DNA of 14,916 bases from Oligoflexus sp. GTDB lineage: Bacteria; Bdellovibrionota_B; Oligoflexia; Oligoflexales; Oligoflexaceae. Where the stretch lies: NCBI GenBank assembly GCA_041736305.1, contig JBGSTX010000026.1:1-14916 (forward strand). Direction: 5' to 3'. Made by a program: the position numbers and the translations under genes. Below are positions 1-7,237 of the stretch, one piece after another (the stretch's first letter is position 1; each line of letters opens with the position of its first letter). The notes under the pieces are model-generated. The model searched no databases. It worked only from the letters and a program-made list of their open reading frames with translations, and was not told where the DNA came from.

Positions 1-72
1 TCTTGCTGTCAAAGGAGACTTCCCCGAGCCAGCGCCGGCAGACGGCAGCTCGGGTGTATGACACGGACCAAA

Positions 73-86
73 CCCCGAGTGCGGGG
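73..86 (-). terminator. weak candidate intrinsic terminator downstream of the lpxH-like gene
   Basis: CCCCG(73-77)-AGTG-CGGGG(82-86) is a 5-bp all-GC stem. On the minus strand it is followed by only TTT (70-72), 36 nt past the stop at 123. The U-tract is short. Confidence 0.25.
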
Positions 87-122
87 GATGTTTCGGTAAT
101 ATCTGGACTTTAGGTTCTGATA

Positions 123-938
123 CTATTGAGACAGGCTGTAAGCAGAAGGACTTGAGAGAAGTCCTGAGCGTACGACCGGCTCGGTTGGATACCACTGAAG
201 CTCATCGAGAGCTTTAACGTCGAGGCGGAAAAATCCGCCTTTGCGGAAAGCCAAGAGATTAGGCTTATCCCAGCAGTCGACGCTCAGGACACCGCCTTTC
301 CGACCATCTCGACGAGCTTCGGCATATGGGACGTGGAAGTGGCCACAAATCCCGAAATCGCCTTCCCCTGTTTCAAGCCAGGAATCAAGGGCTCCCAAGA
401 TCTTATCGTGTTCAATGGCCCTATATTGGTCAGCCGCTCGCGAAACCTTCGATCCTTTGGTGGCGAGTCTATCCATCCAGGCACCGGGCAGCATGCGCGC
501 CACCGCCGTGACAAAGCGAGATTTCACCACGTAGCGAAAAGCCTTGTATCGTCGATGCGAATAAATCATATCGCCATGAGCCAGCTGAACTTTCTCGCCA
601 CTAGCGAGAGCGATGACGACAGTGCCGTTCTCGACGAAATTTACCCCTTTCCAAGGCATATCTCGCATGCGAAATTCGTGGTTGCCCTCGATATAAATCA
701 CCCGCGTACCCGAAGCCGCTACTTTTTCCAAGGCTTCCCCTAGAGGCCTGAATTTGTGCTGGAAATAGGGATGGGAGCCCAGACAAAAGTCAAAAATATC
801 ACCAAGTAGAACAAAGTAGGCAACTGGGCTCTGAGTCAAGCGCTGCAGGACCTCGAGCAAGAGTTGGCCACGCTCATCATCGGGGCTTACCAGATGGATA
901 TCAGACACTAGGACGAGTGAGGCTTCTAAATGGGCCAA
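123..938 (-). CDS. lpxH: UDP-2,3-diacylglucosamine diphosphatase (LpxH-like) calcineurin-like metallophosphoesterase
   Basis: Metallophosphoesterase motifs SDIHL, LLGDIFD, EGNHE, AHGD and GHFH, with an LpxH-type helical insertion after HGD (RYKAFRYVVKS). TTG start with GGGAG SD at 945-949. It has GNH rather than the GNR of E. coli LpxH, so the exact substrate is less certain. Confidence 0.75.
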   Translation of the reverse strand: MAHLEASLVLVSDIHLVSPDDERGQLLLEVLQRLTQSPVAYFVLLGDIFDFCLGSHPYFQHKFRPLGEALEKVAASGTRVIYIEGNHEFRMRDMPWKGVNFVENGTVVIALASGEKVQLAHGDMIYSHRRYKAFRYVVKSRFVTAVARMLPGAWMDRLATKGSKVSRAADQYRAIEHDKILGALDSWLETGEGDFGICGHFHVPYAEARRDGRKGGVLSVDCWDKPNLLAFRKGGFFRLDVKALDELQWYPTEPVVRSGLLSSPSAYSLSQ

Positions 939-970
939 GGTAGACTCCCAAGCGAGACGGGGAAGTCCCC

Positions 971-999
971 ACCTTAGCTACTTTCCCGGCGCAGCTCAA
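971..999 (-). promoter_or_regulatory. candidate sigma70 promoter for the lpxH-like gene
   Basis: Minus strand TTGAGC (999-994), 17-nt spacer, TAAGGT (976-971), about 30 nt upstream of the TTG start. Confidence 0.45.
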
Positions 1000-1145
1000 G
1001 CCAGGCTTTGCAAAGAAAGATTCGCGCCTTATCGCTCGTAAATGCGCGCAATTAAGCTAGAGTCACTATTCCCTTGCAATCACCTAGACTTTCTGATTTT
1101 TTAGATGAACGATAGGCAAATATATGCCAATTTGGAGGAGAAGAC

Positions 1146-1388
1146 ATGTCGCTCGACATTGAAAGTCAGCTGAAGAAGATTGTCGTGAACCAGCTTGGAG
1201 TCGAAGAAGCGGCCGTCGTTGGCAAAGCTAAATTTATCGAAGACCTCGGTGCTGACTCGCTAGACATCGTCGAGCTCGTCATGGCCATGGAAGAAGCGTT
1301 TAGCATAGACATTCCCGATGAAGAAGCTGAAAGCATCCGTACTGTCGAAGACGCTGTCGGTTATATCAAGAAAGCGAAAGAAGTCTGA
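1146..1388 (+). CDS. acpP: acyl carrier protein
   Basis: 80 aa acidic protein with the phosphopantetheine attachment motif [18 protein letters not shown]. Strong SD GGAGGAG at 1134-1140. Confidence 0.97.
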   Translation: MSLDIESQLKKIVVNQLGVEEAAVVGKAKFIEDLGADSLDIVELVMAMEEAFSIDIPDEEAESIRTVEDAVGYIKKAKEV

Positions 1389-1438
1389 TTCTCCCTCTCG
1401 TCCGTGACCCGCATCCTTTTTACCTTAAGGCGTAGTCT

Positions 1439-1897
1439 ATGAGCAATCGCATCGGTATTGCCTCGGATCATGGTGGAAAGCACCTGAAAGAAAAAATCGG
1501 CGCATACCTGCGTGAGCAAGGCTTCGTACTGCTTGATTTCGGGGTTGGGGTCGACTGCCAGGATTCGGTCGACTTTCCCGACTACGCAGCTCAAGTAGCC
1601 CGTGCCGTTTCTAGAGGCGAGCTGCCTCGCGGTATCCTCGTCTGTGGCACCGGCATTGGCATGTCTATCACAGCTAATAAGTTTTCTGGAGTTCGGGCGG
1701 CCCTAGTTTGGGACGAGTTCACCGCTCGCATGAGCCGCCTTCACAATGATTCCAATATACTCTGCCTCGGTGAACGGGTTGTTAATCACGACCGAGCTTT
1801 GGAGTATCTGCGCCTTTGGCTCGCCACTCCTTTTGAAGGAGGGCGCCACCAGCGCCGCCTCGATAAGATCGCTCAGATCGAAGAGGAAAGTCCCTAG
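1439..1897 (+). CDS. rpiB: ribose-5-phosphate isomerase B
   Basis: IGIASDHGG, GILVCGTGIGMSITANK, HNDSNILCLG and FEGGRHQRR motifs; typical position before glyA. Confidence 0.96.
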   Translation: MSNRIGIASDHGGKHLKEKIGAYLREQGFVLLDFGVGVDCQDSVDFPDYAAQVARAVSRGELPRGILVCGTGIGMSITANKFSGVRAALVWDEFTARMSRLHNDSNILCLGERVVNHDRALEYLRLWLATPFEGGRHQRRLDKIAQIEEESP

Positions 1898-1955
1898 GAG
1901 CCTGCTCAAAAAATAGGAGGCTCTCCCCTATCCCTTTCGAACGCGGAGATTTTGG

Positions 1956-3209
1956 ATGAAACCATGGTCGCTCCTTGAAACTTACGACCCTGAAATATAT
2001 GCGCTGGTGGAAGAGGAATTTGCTCGACAGGAAACGGGGCTCGAACTGATTGCCTCAGAGAACTTCGCTTCCGCAGAAGTTATTGCCAGCATGGGCAGTA
2101 TTCTCACCAATAAATATGCCGAAGGCCTGCCTGGCAAACGCTACTATGGTGGTTGTGAAGTCGTCGATCGCATCGAGACGCTAGCCATAGAGCGGGCCAA
2201 AAAATTATTCGGCTGCCAGCTCGTGAATGTCCAACCCCACTCGGGCGCCCAAGCGAACGCTGCCGTTTTTCTGGCTCTTCTGAAGCCAGGAGACCGTATA
2301 CTCGGCATGGACCTTTCCCATGGTGGACACCTAACTCACGGTTCAAAGGTGAATTTCTCAGGCAGTATTTACGAATCACATTTCTATGGGCTCGATCCTG
2401 AGACGGAGCGGCTCAATTATGATTTGATTGCCCACGCCGCGCGACAAGTCAGACCAAAGATGATTATTGCCGGCGCCAGCGCTTACGCGCGCTCGATCGA
2501 CTTCAAGAAGTTTCGCGAGATCGCGGACGAAGTTGGTGCCTTTCTGATGGTTGACATGGCCCACATCGCAGGTTTGGTCGCCGCTGGTGAGCACGACACT
2601 CCCGTTCCCCACGCTCACGTGGTGACGACGACCACCCATAAGACTTTGCGGGGCCCACGCGGAGGACTCATTCTCTGGAACGACGAGAAGCTTAATTTCA
2701 ATAAGGCCGTCTTCCCCGGTATTCAAGGCGGCCCCCTCGAGCACATCATCGCGGCTAAAGCTGTAAGCTTCAAAGAAGCTCTAGAGCCAGGTTTCAAGAC
2801 CTACCAAAAGAGCGTAAAAACCAATGCGCGAGCTTTGGCAGAAAAGCTTATGCAGCTCGATTTTAAACTTGTCTCCGGCGGTACCGACAATCATCTGATG
2901 CTGCTCGATCTCTCGAACACCGAAGTGAGCGGCAAGCAGATGGAAGAAGCTCTTGGCAAGGCTCATATTACCGTCAACAAGAATACCGTTCCTCGTGAGC
3001 ATCGCAGTCCCTTCGTGACGAGTGGAATCAGGCTCGGAACGCCGGCACTCTCCTCGCGGGGCATGGGAACGCCCGAAATGGACAAAATTGCCAAGTGGAT
3101 TCGCCAGACCTTTGAAAAGCATGAAGATGCGGCAGCCTTAGCGAAAATCGCTCAGGAAGTCAAAGCGCTCTGCAGCAATTTCCCGCTTTATCCACAGTGG
3201 AAGGCCTAG
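1956..3209 (+). CDS. glyA: serine hydroxymethyltransferase
   Basis: [45 protein letters not shown]-lysine motif [14 protein letters not shown] and [15 protein letters not shown] at 1945-1948. Confidence 0.99.
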   Translation: MKPWSLLETYDPEIYALVEEEFARQETGLELIASENFASAEVIASMGSILTNKYAEGLPGKRYYGGCEVVDRIETLAIERAKKLFGCQLVNVQPHSGAQANAAVFLALLKPGDRILGMDLSHGGHLTHGSKVNFSGSIYESHFYGLDPETERLNYDLIAHAARQVRPKMIIAGASAYARSIDFKKFREIADEVGAFLMVDMAHIAGLVAAGEHDTPVPHAHVVTTTTHKTLRGPRGGLILWNDEKLNFNKAVFPGIQGGPLEHIIAAKAVSFKEALEPGFKTYQKSVKTNARALAEKLMQLDFKLVSGGTDNHLMLLDLSNTEVSGKQMEEALGKAHITVNKNTVPREHRSPFVTSGIRLGTPALSSRGMGTPEMDKIAKWIRQTFEKHEDAAALAKIAQEVKALCSNFPLYPQWKA

Positions 3210-3212
3210 TCC

Positions 3213-3692
3213 GTGAAGTGTCCAAGGTGCGATTATCTCGATACGAAAGTGCTGGAAAGTCGCGTCAGCGTCGACGCCCGCAGCATTAGGCGTCGACGCG
3301 CCTGCCTCAAGTGTCACCACCGTTTCACTACCTATGAGAAAGAGGAAGAACTCATTCTCCAGGTAAAGAAAAAGGACGGCAGCTTCGACGAATTCAGCCG
3401 CGAAAAGATCATTCGCGCCATCTCGATGGCCTGTAGGAAGCGGCAGATCTCCATGGATCAGATCGAAGCTATGGTGACGACGATTGAGACCCAGCTACGC
3501 TCCGAGGGAGACCGGGTGATCGAAAGTAGCCGAATCGGGGATATAGTCATGAAAAAACTTCGGCAAACCGATCATGTGGCGTATGTGCGCTTTGCCTCTA
3601 TCTACAAAGATTTTAAAGATCCTGAGGAATTCGTGCGCGAGTTACGCGGCTTGAAGGGCAAAGCCGAAAACAGTACCCCACCCCTATCCTAA
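3213..3692 (+). CDS. nrdR: transcriptional repressor NrdR
   Basis: Zinc ribbon MKCPRC...RRRRACLKCHHRFTTYE followed by an ATP-cone ending VAYVRFASIYKDF. GTG start 3 nt after the glyA stop. Confidence 0.97.
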   Translation: MKCPRCDYLDTKVLESRVSVDARSIRRRRACLKCHHRFTTYEKEEELILQVKKKDGSFDEFSREKIIRAISMACRKRQISMDQIEAMVTTIETQLRSEGDRVIESSRIGDIVMKKLRQTDHVAYVRFASIYKDFKDPEEFVRELRGLKGKAENSTPPLS

Positions 3693-3712
3693 TTCCGTTA
3701 AGGATTTCGAAG

Positions 3713-4321
3713 ATGTTTACAGGACTCGTGGAACAGTGCGCACGCTTAGCTCAAATAGACAAGAAAGATGGTTTTACTGTCCTGACCTTCGAACTCGCAG
3801 AGGCGAGCTCCTATGCGCAGACTCTAGGGGAGAGCGTCGCGGTTAATGGGTGCTGCCTGACCCTCACGTATGCTGACATGCGCAGCCTCCGTTTCGATGT
3901 TAACCACGAGACCTTGGCCAAGACCAATCTAGCGCAGCTCAAGGTGGGCTCACCTGTGAACCTTGAAAGGGCACTTCGTTTAGGGGATCGTTTGGGTGGG
4001 CACATGGTATCGGGGCATATCGATGGAACCGCCGAACTCGTCAAGATAGATAAAAAGCCTGGCGGCTGGGACGTCTTCGTTCAGCTGTCACTGGACCTAG
4101 GACGCTATGTCATTGCTAAGGGCTCAATTTCTCTCGACGGTGTAAGCTTGACCGTGAATAGCCTAGATGATTCTCCACGAGGCAGTCTCATTCGCCTCAC
4201 TTTGATTCCGACCACAATTCAAATGACCAGCTTTCAGCATCTCGAAGAAGGTTGGCGCTTCAATGTCGAGGTTGATCTCCTCGGCAAATATATCGAACGT
4301 TTGCTTCCACCGAAGGCTTAG
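3713..4321 (+). CDS. ribE: riboflavin synthase (alpha chain; ribC in E. coli nomenclature)
   Basis: N-terminal MFTGLVE, GESVAVNGCCLT, VNLERAL, RLGGHMVSGHIDG, KGSISLDGVSLTVN and NVEVDLLGKY; two lumazine-binding repeats. Confidence 0.97.
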   Translation: MFTGLVEQCARLAQIDKKDGFTVLTFELAEASSYAQTLGESVAVNGCCLTLTYADMRSLRFDVNHETLAKTNLAQLKVGSPVNLERALRLGDRLGGHMVSGHIDGTAELVKIDKKPGGWDVFVQLSLDLGRYVIAKGSISLDGVSLTVNSLDDSPRGSLIRLTLIPTTIQMTSFQHLEEGWRFNVEVDLLGKYIERLLPPKA

Positions 4322-4328
4322 AGCCCGA

Positions 4329-5117
4329 CTAGATCTGGAGCCGCTGCTTCGGAACCGAAGTCACGGGAACTAGGAGTGGTCGCTCAATTTCTCCTATGGG
4401 CAGCGAATCTTTATGGTGGCTAATATCCACGCATGCGATAAAAATAGACTGAGGGTCCTTATTATTAAGGGGGCTCAGCCCAACCAAAGCCATATATTTC
4501 AGCCCTTCCCCACTCGTTGGCACTACATGCATTTCACCGTAGAGTGACTTATGCTCTCTAGAAAAAACTTGAGTGAGCGCTACTAAGAAGTTATTGAATT
4601 CGAGAAGAGCTGGAAATAGTTCGCTGACGATGCCGCCTGCAGGGACTATGCGCAAGTGGGCAGAACTAGCATTTTTCCAAAGACAACGTCCCGTCCGGTC
4701 TGTTTCAAAACAGGGGAAATTAGAGCGTGCGAGGTTTTCCCGGTTTCCTTCCGTAATATCGTATCCCCACTCATTGAGCAGCGAACGAACTTCACTGTAC
4801 ATACGGAATTTTGCGTATTCATGCTCGAGGCGGAATACATGAAACTCACCACTTCCGCGAGTTCGACTTGGTTTTTCTAGCAACCAGGGCTTGCGGTCGA
4901 TAATCGCAAAAAATCCGCTGAGCGCCATACCCAGCGAATCGCAGATGCGCTTGAGAGTTTCTACCTTAACCTCGACCCGGCCCGTCTCTATGTTTTGATA
5001 GTGACGATAGTCCAACTGAGCCAGAGCAGCCAATTGGTACTGGGTGATCGCCAGGCTCTTTCTGAGCCACTGGAGGCCTTTGCCGATATCAGTTCTAAGA
5101 CCTTCTCTCACTTCCAT
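4329..5117 (-). CDS. XRE/Cro-family helix-turn-helix transcriptional regulator with C-terminal PAS-like domain
   Basis: IGKGLQWLRKSLAITQYQLAALAQLDYRHYQNIETGRVEVKVETLKRICDSLG is an HTH_3 pattern. C-terminal FPCFETDRTGRCLWKNASS...IFIACVDISHHK resembles the PAS start and PAC end. ATG at 5117 preferred; the ORF stays open to TTG at 5147. Confidence 0.8.
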   Translation of the reverse strand: MEVREGLRTDIGKGLQWLRKSLAITQYQLAALAQLDYRHYQNIETGRVEVKVETLKRICDSLGMALSGFFAIIDRKPWLLEKPSRTRGSGEFHVFRLEHEYAKFRMYSEVRSLLNEWGYDITEGNRENLARSNFPCFETDRTGRCLWKNASSAHLRIVPAGGIVSELFPALLEFNNFLVALTQVFSREHKSLYGEMHVVPTSGEGLKYMALVGLSPLNNKDPQSIFIACVDISHHKDSLPIGEIERPLLVPVTSVPKQRLQI

Positions 5118-5238
5118 GCTGCCTGCCTGACAAGAAGTTTTAGACAAAGGATTGTAGTGCGGAGGTTCAAGTTATAGCAAAGATTCATGGAATAATGTAC
5201 GTTAGCAGCCACCAAGTAAATTTGTCTACCTTCACTAA

Positions 5239-5730
5239 TCAATCCTTGGGAATTGGACCTAAATGCGTGACGAACCATTCATTCCCGAAATTAATTAATG
5301 TCCTAATTTCCAGCTCAACCTTCTCTTTGTTTCCATCCAACATTTTGATCTTGCTTTTGTAGCATGACCAATACGCTATATGATTATACTCTGTGCCTTT
5401 TTCTTTCCACTTGCAAGATCCTAATTGAAATGCTGCAAACCGCAAGGGTGCTTTTAAACCCTTTTGTTCTCGCCTGAGATCGTCTTGATACCAGAGCGTG
5501 AGCTGCTTATGATACTGCTCGGGTCTATCGATGGCTTTGAGTCTCTTGAAAGCTTCTAAAGGAAAAAACAAGGCTTTTGCCTTCTCCAGCTCACCCGTCG
5601 ACAGCGCCGTAGTAAGCGCCCTAGCTTTCTCTTCGAAGGAAGAGATCTGCGACCAGGGGATCTGCGTTTGATTTTCCCGAGGAACACTCTCGTCAGCAAG
5701 AACGCCAGTTGAAAGCCCCGCTAGAGTCAA
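5239..5730 (-). CDS. hypothetical protein, probably secreted
   Basis: 163-aa ORF with a globular-looking body (LFFPLEAFKRLK, KWKEKGTEYNHIAYW, LINFGNEWFVTHL). The frame stays open upstream as KYILIILLTLAGLSTGVLA|DE, a signal-peptide-like segment. The true start is uncertain. Confidence 0.7.
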   Translation of the reverse strand: MTLAGLSTGVLADESVPRENQTQIPWSQISSFEEKARALTTALSTGELEKAKALFFPLEAFKRLKAIDRPEQYHKQLTLWYQDDLRREQKGLKAPLRFAAFQLGSCKWKEKGTEYNHIAYWSCYKSKIKMLDGNKEKVELEIRTLINFGNEWFVTHLGPIPKD

Positions 5731-5825
5731 AAGGATTATTAAGATATATTTTTCCTCCCTGCGTCCTGATCTTCAAGTGAAACTCGACTCTAGAAAAGAA
5801 GCATTTTGTTCGCTCTTTTTTATGC

Positions 5826-6185
5826 CTAAAAACTCTTACCATCGACTTTGGTAATCGCGAGTTGATCAATATCGAGGCCTTCAAGACAGCGGACGTTGAT
5901 GGCGTACATTTTTGTGCCGTCAGGTTTCAGTCCGTACGAAAAGGACGAAATGCCACAGGCTTTGCAAAATAAGTGGTGGATATGCCTTTTATTAAACAGA
6001 TATTCGGACTGATCATTTTCTCCTGAAACAAGTTTAAAAGAACTCGTGTCAACAAAAGCCAGAAGATGTCCTTTGCGAGAACAGATCGAGCAATTGCACG
6101 AAATCACCTGTTCCAGCTCTGTTTTCACCTCATATTGCACTTTCCCGCAGTGACAAGAACCTTTATAGCTAGTTAAATCAGGCAC
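5826..6185 (-). CDS. GFA / CENP-V family zinc-binding protein (Mss4-like fold)
   Basis: GSCHCGKV, CNCSICSRKG, HHLFCKACG and AINVRCL motifs. GTG start with GGAGG SD at 6195-6191. Confidence 0.92.
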   Translation of the reverse strand: MPDLTSYKGSCHCGKVQYEVKTELEQVISCNCSICSRKGHLLAFVDTSSFKLVSGENDQSEYLFNKRHIHHLFCKACGISSFSYGLKPDGTKMYAINVRCLEGLDIDQLAITKVDGKSF

Positions 6186-6234
6186 ATGCTCCTCCCTAAG
6201 AAACTTTTGAAAAAATCGCCTCGCGGCTGCCCTT

Positions 6235-6344
6235 CAGAATTCATTTGGCCGCTTTCTCAGAATACGAAGGCATACTATAACACCAGGATTTTAATGGGAA
6301 TTATTTTTATTCTCAGGTTTTCGCAGCAAATTCCGAGAATACAA
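6235..6344. promoter_or_regulatory. repeated 10-bp motif / inverted repeat in the divergent GFA-TIGR02147 intergenic region (candidate operator)
   Basis: CAGAATTCAT (6235-6244), CAGAATACGA (6258-6267) and GAGAATACAA (6335-6344) on +, and GAGAATAAAA on - (6314-6305). TATTCTC(6308-6314) and GAGAATA(6335-6341) form an inverted repeat. Confidence 0.4.
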
Positions 6345-6370
6345 GAGTCCGATTTAAGGAAAGGTTGATT

Positions 6371-7237
6371 ATGGCAAAGGGCCGCAGCATATATGGATAC
6401 ACCAACTATCGCCAGTATCTTGCAGATTTCTACCAGGACCGCAAGACGAGCAAGCATGGTTATAGTTATCGTCAGTTTTCGCAGGCGGCCGGCTATTCAT
6501 CGCCCAATTTTCTGAAGCTGATTATCGAAGGTCAGCGAAACCTTTCCTCACAGTCGATCGAGTCTCTCATCGAGCTCTTCGAATTTACCGGTAATCAAGC
6601 CGCTTATTTTCGCTCTTTAGTCCAGATGAATCAGAGTGAAAATGATGCTGAACGCAATGAGCATTACGAGCAGCTCCAGAAACTCATTCCGATCACGAGA
6701 CGCTATGAGTTAGATGCTGACGCTGCTGAATATCTCAGCCATTGGATTTATCCCGTCTTGAGAGAGCTCGTTCAACATCCAGATTTTCGCGAGGATCCAT
6801 ACTGGATACAGCGCCGCCTCACGGGCCGCATTGAACTCAAGGAAATCGTCCAAGCTCTAGCTTTTCTAAAGAAAAAAGGTCTTTTCTCCCGCGACGATTC
6901 CGGCCGCTACATTGTCAAAGACGATGCCGTGATTTCCAGCGATGAAGTCAAAAGTCTCGCGATTCGCAAGTACCATCGCCGCGCTCTCGAGCAGAGCTTG
7001 GCCGCCCTCGAAGATCTGCCCCTCGAGCTGCGGGAGTTCGGAGCTCTCATCTTCCAAATTCCGGAAGATTCTCTCGGAGAACTGAAGCAAAAGCTCAAGC
7101 TCTTTAGGCGAGAACTCCACCAGTGGGCTCTAGAAAAGGGTCTCGACCCGCACTCACATTCTCAAGCAGCCATAGAACCGACTGTCGTTCAGCTCAATAT
7201 CCAGATGTTTCCGCAAACCAAGAGGAATTCCCCATGA
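6371..7237 (+). CDS. TIGR02147 family protein (N-terminal HTH-like region, C-terminal DUF4423)
   Basis: Family pattern recognised by eye: IYGYTNYRQYLADFY, YSYRQFSQAAGYSSPNFLKLIIEGQRNLS, YFRSLV, YLSHWIYPVLREL, AIRKYHRRAL and VVQLNIQMFP. ATG at 6371 (TTG at 6365 is an alternative) after AAGGAAAAGG. Confidence 0.88.
   Translation: MAKGRSIYGYTNYRQYLADFYQDRKTSKHGYSYRQFSQAAGYSSPNFLKLIIEGQRNLSSQSIESLIELFEFTGNQAAYFRSLVQMNQSENDAERNEHYEQLQKLIPITRRYELDADAAEYLSHWIYPVLRELVQHPDFREDPYWIQRRLTGRIELKEIVQALAFLKKKGLFSRDDSGRYIVKDDAVISSDEVKSLAIRKYHRRALEQSLAALEDLPLELREFGALIFQIPEDSLGELKQKLKLFRRELHQWALEKGLDPHSHSQAAIEPTVVQLNIQMFPQTKRNSP

Noticed and set aside
241..786. Alternative-frame and antisense ORFs inside the lpxH-like gene (e.g. 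333-743 +, 136 aa)
   Set aside because: Fully nested in a gene with clear family motifs and carry no recognisable domain; shadow ORFs.
1113..1130. GGCAAATATATGCC dyad resembling a sigma54 -24/-12 promoter upstream of acpP
   Set aside because: GG-to-GC spacing is 9 nt on both strands, not the required 10. It remains only a weak imperfect palindrome.
2104..3320. Antisense ORFs over glyA and nrdR
   Set aside because: Shadows of conserved genes with no protein motifs.
5794..5821. Possible terminator after the GFA gene (AAAAGAAGC...GCTCTTTT)
   Set aside because: The stem is mostly A-T with only a few GC pairs and a large loop; too weak to call.
5826..6185. Functional link between the GFA protein (formaldehyde) and glyA one-carbon metabolism
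   Set aside because: The genes are 2.6 kb apart on opposite strands, most GFA-family proteins have no shown formaldehyde role, and no frmA/frmB is present.
6173..6187. Out-of-frame ATG overlapping the GFA GTG start (mini-ORF MCLI*)
   Set aside because: Only 3 nt from the GGAGG SD, too close for efficient initiation; no evidence of function.
7123..7233. ORF-track N-terminal extension of the lipoprotein
   Set aside because: It would overlap the TIGR02147 gene by 115 nt and bury the signal peptide. ATG 7234 has an SD and an ATGA overlap.
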